Of a stretch of DNA of 64,000 nucleotides, positions 62,075-64,000 are shown piece by piece. The DNA comes from Okamejei kenojei (Eukaryota). The position numbers and the translations under genes were made by a program. The DNA is taken from positions 12,152,001 through 12,216,000 of the forward strand of contig CM069164.1 of the NCBI GenBank assembly GCA_035221665.1, in the 5' to 3' direction. Position 1 is the first letter of the stretch. Each line of letters starts with the position of its first letter. Below the pieces are notes generated by a model, which was not told the origin of the DNA, did no database searches, and was given only the letters and a program-made list of their open reading frames with translations.

Positions 62075-62410
62075 GTGTGAATTGTGAAGCCAGAGGAAGG
62101 AATATAGGTGGAAGAAGATAGGGGGGGGGGGGGGGGGGGGGAGAAATGAGTGTGCAGCATTATATCCTTATGGCACACTTTTGTCCAACCATCAGCTTAC
62201 CTCCCACCTCACCTCTATCCACCTGTCACTTGCCAGGCTTTGTCTCATCCCCTCGGTTCTCACTTTCTCCCATTAGTATAGTCTGTCTAAAGAAGAATCC
62301 CAACACTAAACATCACCCATCCATGTTTTCCACAGATGCTGCCTGACCTGCTGAATTATTCCAGCACTGTGAGTTTTTTGTCAACCCGCATCTGCAGTTC
62401 CTTGTGTCTA
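62075..62410 (+). repeat. Penelope-derived fragment
   Basis: Pyrimidine-rich tract, then ctaaagaagaatcccaacactaaacatcacc ... gatgctgcctgacctgctg ... gcatctgcagttccttgtgtcta. Confidence 0.65.
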
Positions 62411-63224
62411 CTAGTTTCAGACAGATCAAAGTACCTCTTTTACTGAGTTGATGATCTTTCAGCAGCAGTCAATATTTGTTTGGGTTTGTGTCCCTGAAAA
62501 TAGCCGATGGATCATTAAATTCTGTTTAAATGCTGCTCAGAGATCAAGGATCATGGTATCCTCTTCCAGACTTCTTGCCAAATGCAAAGACCACTAGGAT
62601 GTGGATGATCGACCCACATGCACTGCAGCACTCTCAAAGGCAGCGCACAGTGGAAGTGTGACATCAGCAGGCATTGATGTGGAGAGCCACTCTCAAAAAT
62701 GGCCAGGTGAAGTATTTGTGCTTCTTTCTGAATTCTGGGTGATGAGACATTCTGCAGTGATTTTGACAGTCAGCTCGAAGAAGTTATCCAACAGAATTCA
62801 CTGCTTCTATTTATTATGTAACATAAATGGAAATAAGATTTGGATGAGGTGGTAGCGCAATAGAAAAGTCTGTAAGATTATGCCACAGCAAGGAACTATT
62901 TGGTCCTTTAAGTTCATGTTGACTCTTTGCACAGCAAATCTGTCTCATTCTTCTGCTTTTTCCTCACACCCCTGAAATTGATTTTCCTTTAAGTGTCTAG
63001 GCTTGATGAATCTTCAGCAATAACATAGGAAGAGGGTTCCAGATCATTACCACTCTCTGCATAGCAAAATATTCATCACATGTCCCATGTTTATTTTGCC
63101 CATCAATTTAAAACTGTTTCCTCAATATTTGAGCCTTCCACTAATGGGACAGCTTAGATTTACTTTATTGAACTCAATCATAATCTTATACACCCCTATG
63201 AAGTCTCCTCTCAGTCTTCTCTGC

Positions 63225-63455
63225 GCCAAGTCTGTGCATTCTCCCTGTGTTTCCTCCCACTTGCCAAAGATGCATGAGTTAGTAGGTAAATTAAGTCTGT
63301 AAACTTCCTCTAGTATGTAGGTGAGGATAGAATCTTGAGGATATCGAAGAGACTAATGGGGATAAGGGGATTAATGAAGGAATAGTGGAAATGGTTGGTT
63401 GATGATGCACATGGACTAGATGGGCTGAAGGGCCTGTTTATGTTCTGTATCTCAC
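63225..63455 (+). mobile_element. V-SINE, 5'-truncated
   Basis: gcattctccctgtgtttcctcccac ... tgggctgaagggcctgttt. Confidence 0.7.
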
Positions 63456-63569
63456 TTTAACTAATTTACTGGAAAAAGAGATGATTAAAACGCAAGTTTG
63501 TCTGGTTCAAGTGAAATGTAGCTCATCAGAAAAGAATTTGTAATTAAAACAGAAATTAACAGAGGCCAA

Positions 63570-63740
63570 TTCACTGGATGTTTGCAAGAGAGTTAGATAA
63601 AGCTCTTAGGGCTACGGAATCAGGGGATATGGGAAGAGAGCAGTAATAGGGTACTGATTTTGGATGATCAACCATGATCATGTTAAATGGTTTGAATGGC
63701 TGAATGGCCTACCCCTGCACCTATTTTCTATGTTTCTAAA
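63570..63740 (+). mobile_element. CR1/HER1-type LINE 3' end
   Basis: Same 3' end as 22121-22412 (ggcctacccctgcacctattttctatgtttcta). Confidence 0.75.
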
Positions 63741-64000
63741 GCTTAAAAGATAAAAATTCATTGGAGCTAAAGAAATTCTGAGGCAAAACAGCATATAACT
63801 GGTTAACTTGACACACAAAAGCCTTCATTTCTTTTTAAATGGTGGGGGACATATTTGAGATCATATGAAAACCCATTTTTTACCTCGCTGTAGGGGGATT
63901 TATAAAAAGCAGCTCCAAATTGACTAGTAACTGTAATATCCTGCTGCCAAGGAAAATTTAAAACCACATACTTGTGAATCAATAGTCATTCGCCAACAAA

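Noticed and set aside
195-63302. The six-frame ORFs as genes
   Set aside because: They are chance ORFs or TE fragments (SINE reads such as DPGSIL..CVEFA, LINE and transposase pieces); none corresponds to a real MAP2K5 exon in frame
60219-64000. Upstream MAP2K5 exons (GHGNGG, LAVK)
   Set aside because: No matching frame with splice sites was found; they are presumably beyond the right edge

Overview
AT-rich, CpG-depleted vertebrate DNA. The repeat content (HE1/V-SINE-type SINEs, CR1/HER1-type LINE ends, Penelope-derived short repeats) points to a cartilaginous fish, probably a skate or ray (inference). The whole window lies inside one minus-strand gene, MAP2K5 (MEK5). Eight coding exons (489 nt, 163 aa, equivalent to human exons ~10-17) are recovered with GT-AG boundaries and continuous phase, and the ORF track misses all of them. 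The introns hold three full-length but decayed Tc1 transposons (one Passport-like), Rex1/Babar and CR1 LINE fragments, SINEs, two PIF/Harbinger MITEs, a non-autonomous Helitron and Penelope-derived fragments with degenerate hammerhead-like cores. The most striking observation is a 54-nt minimal HDV/CPEB3-like self-cleaving ribozyme fold at 58716-58769. It is in sense orientation to the MAP2K5 pre-mRNA and forms the 5' end of a ~145-bp structured retroposon with a (GAA)n tail and a probable TSD. Several repeat-free blocks rich in homeodomain motifs are candidate conserved enhancers of the MAP2K5/SKOR1 locus. No prokaryotic features or CRISPR arrays were seen. All family assignments come from reading the sequence and from recalled consensus or protein sequences; no searches were run. 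Boundaries of decayed repeats are approximate.
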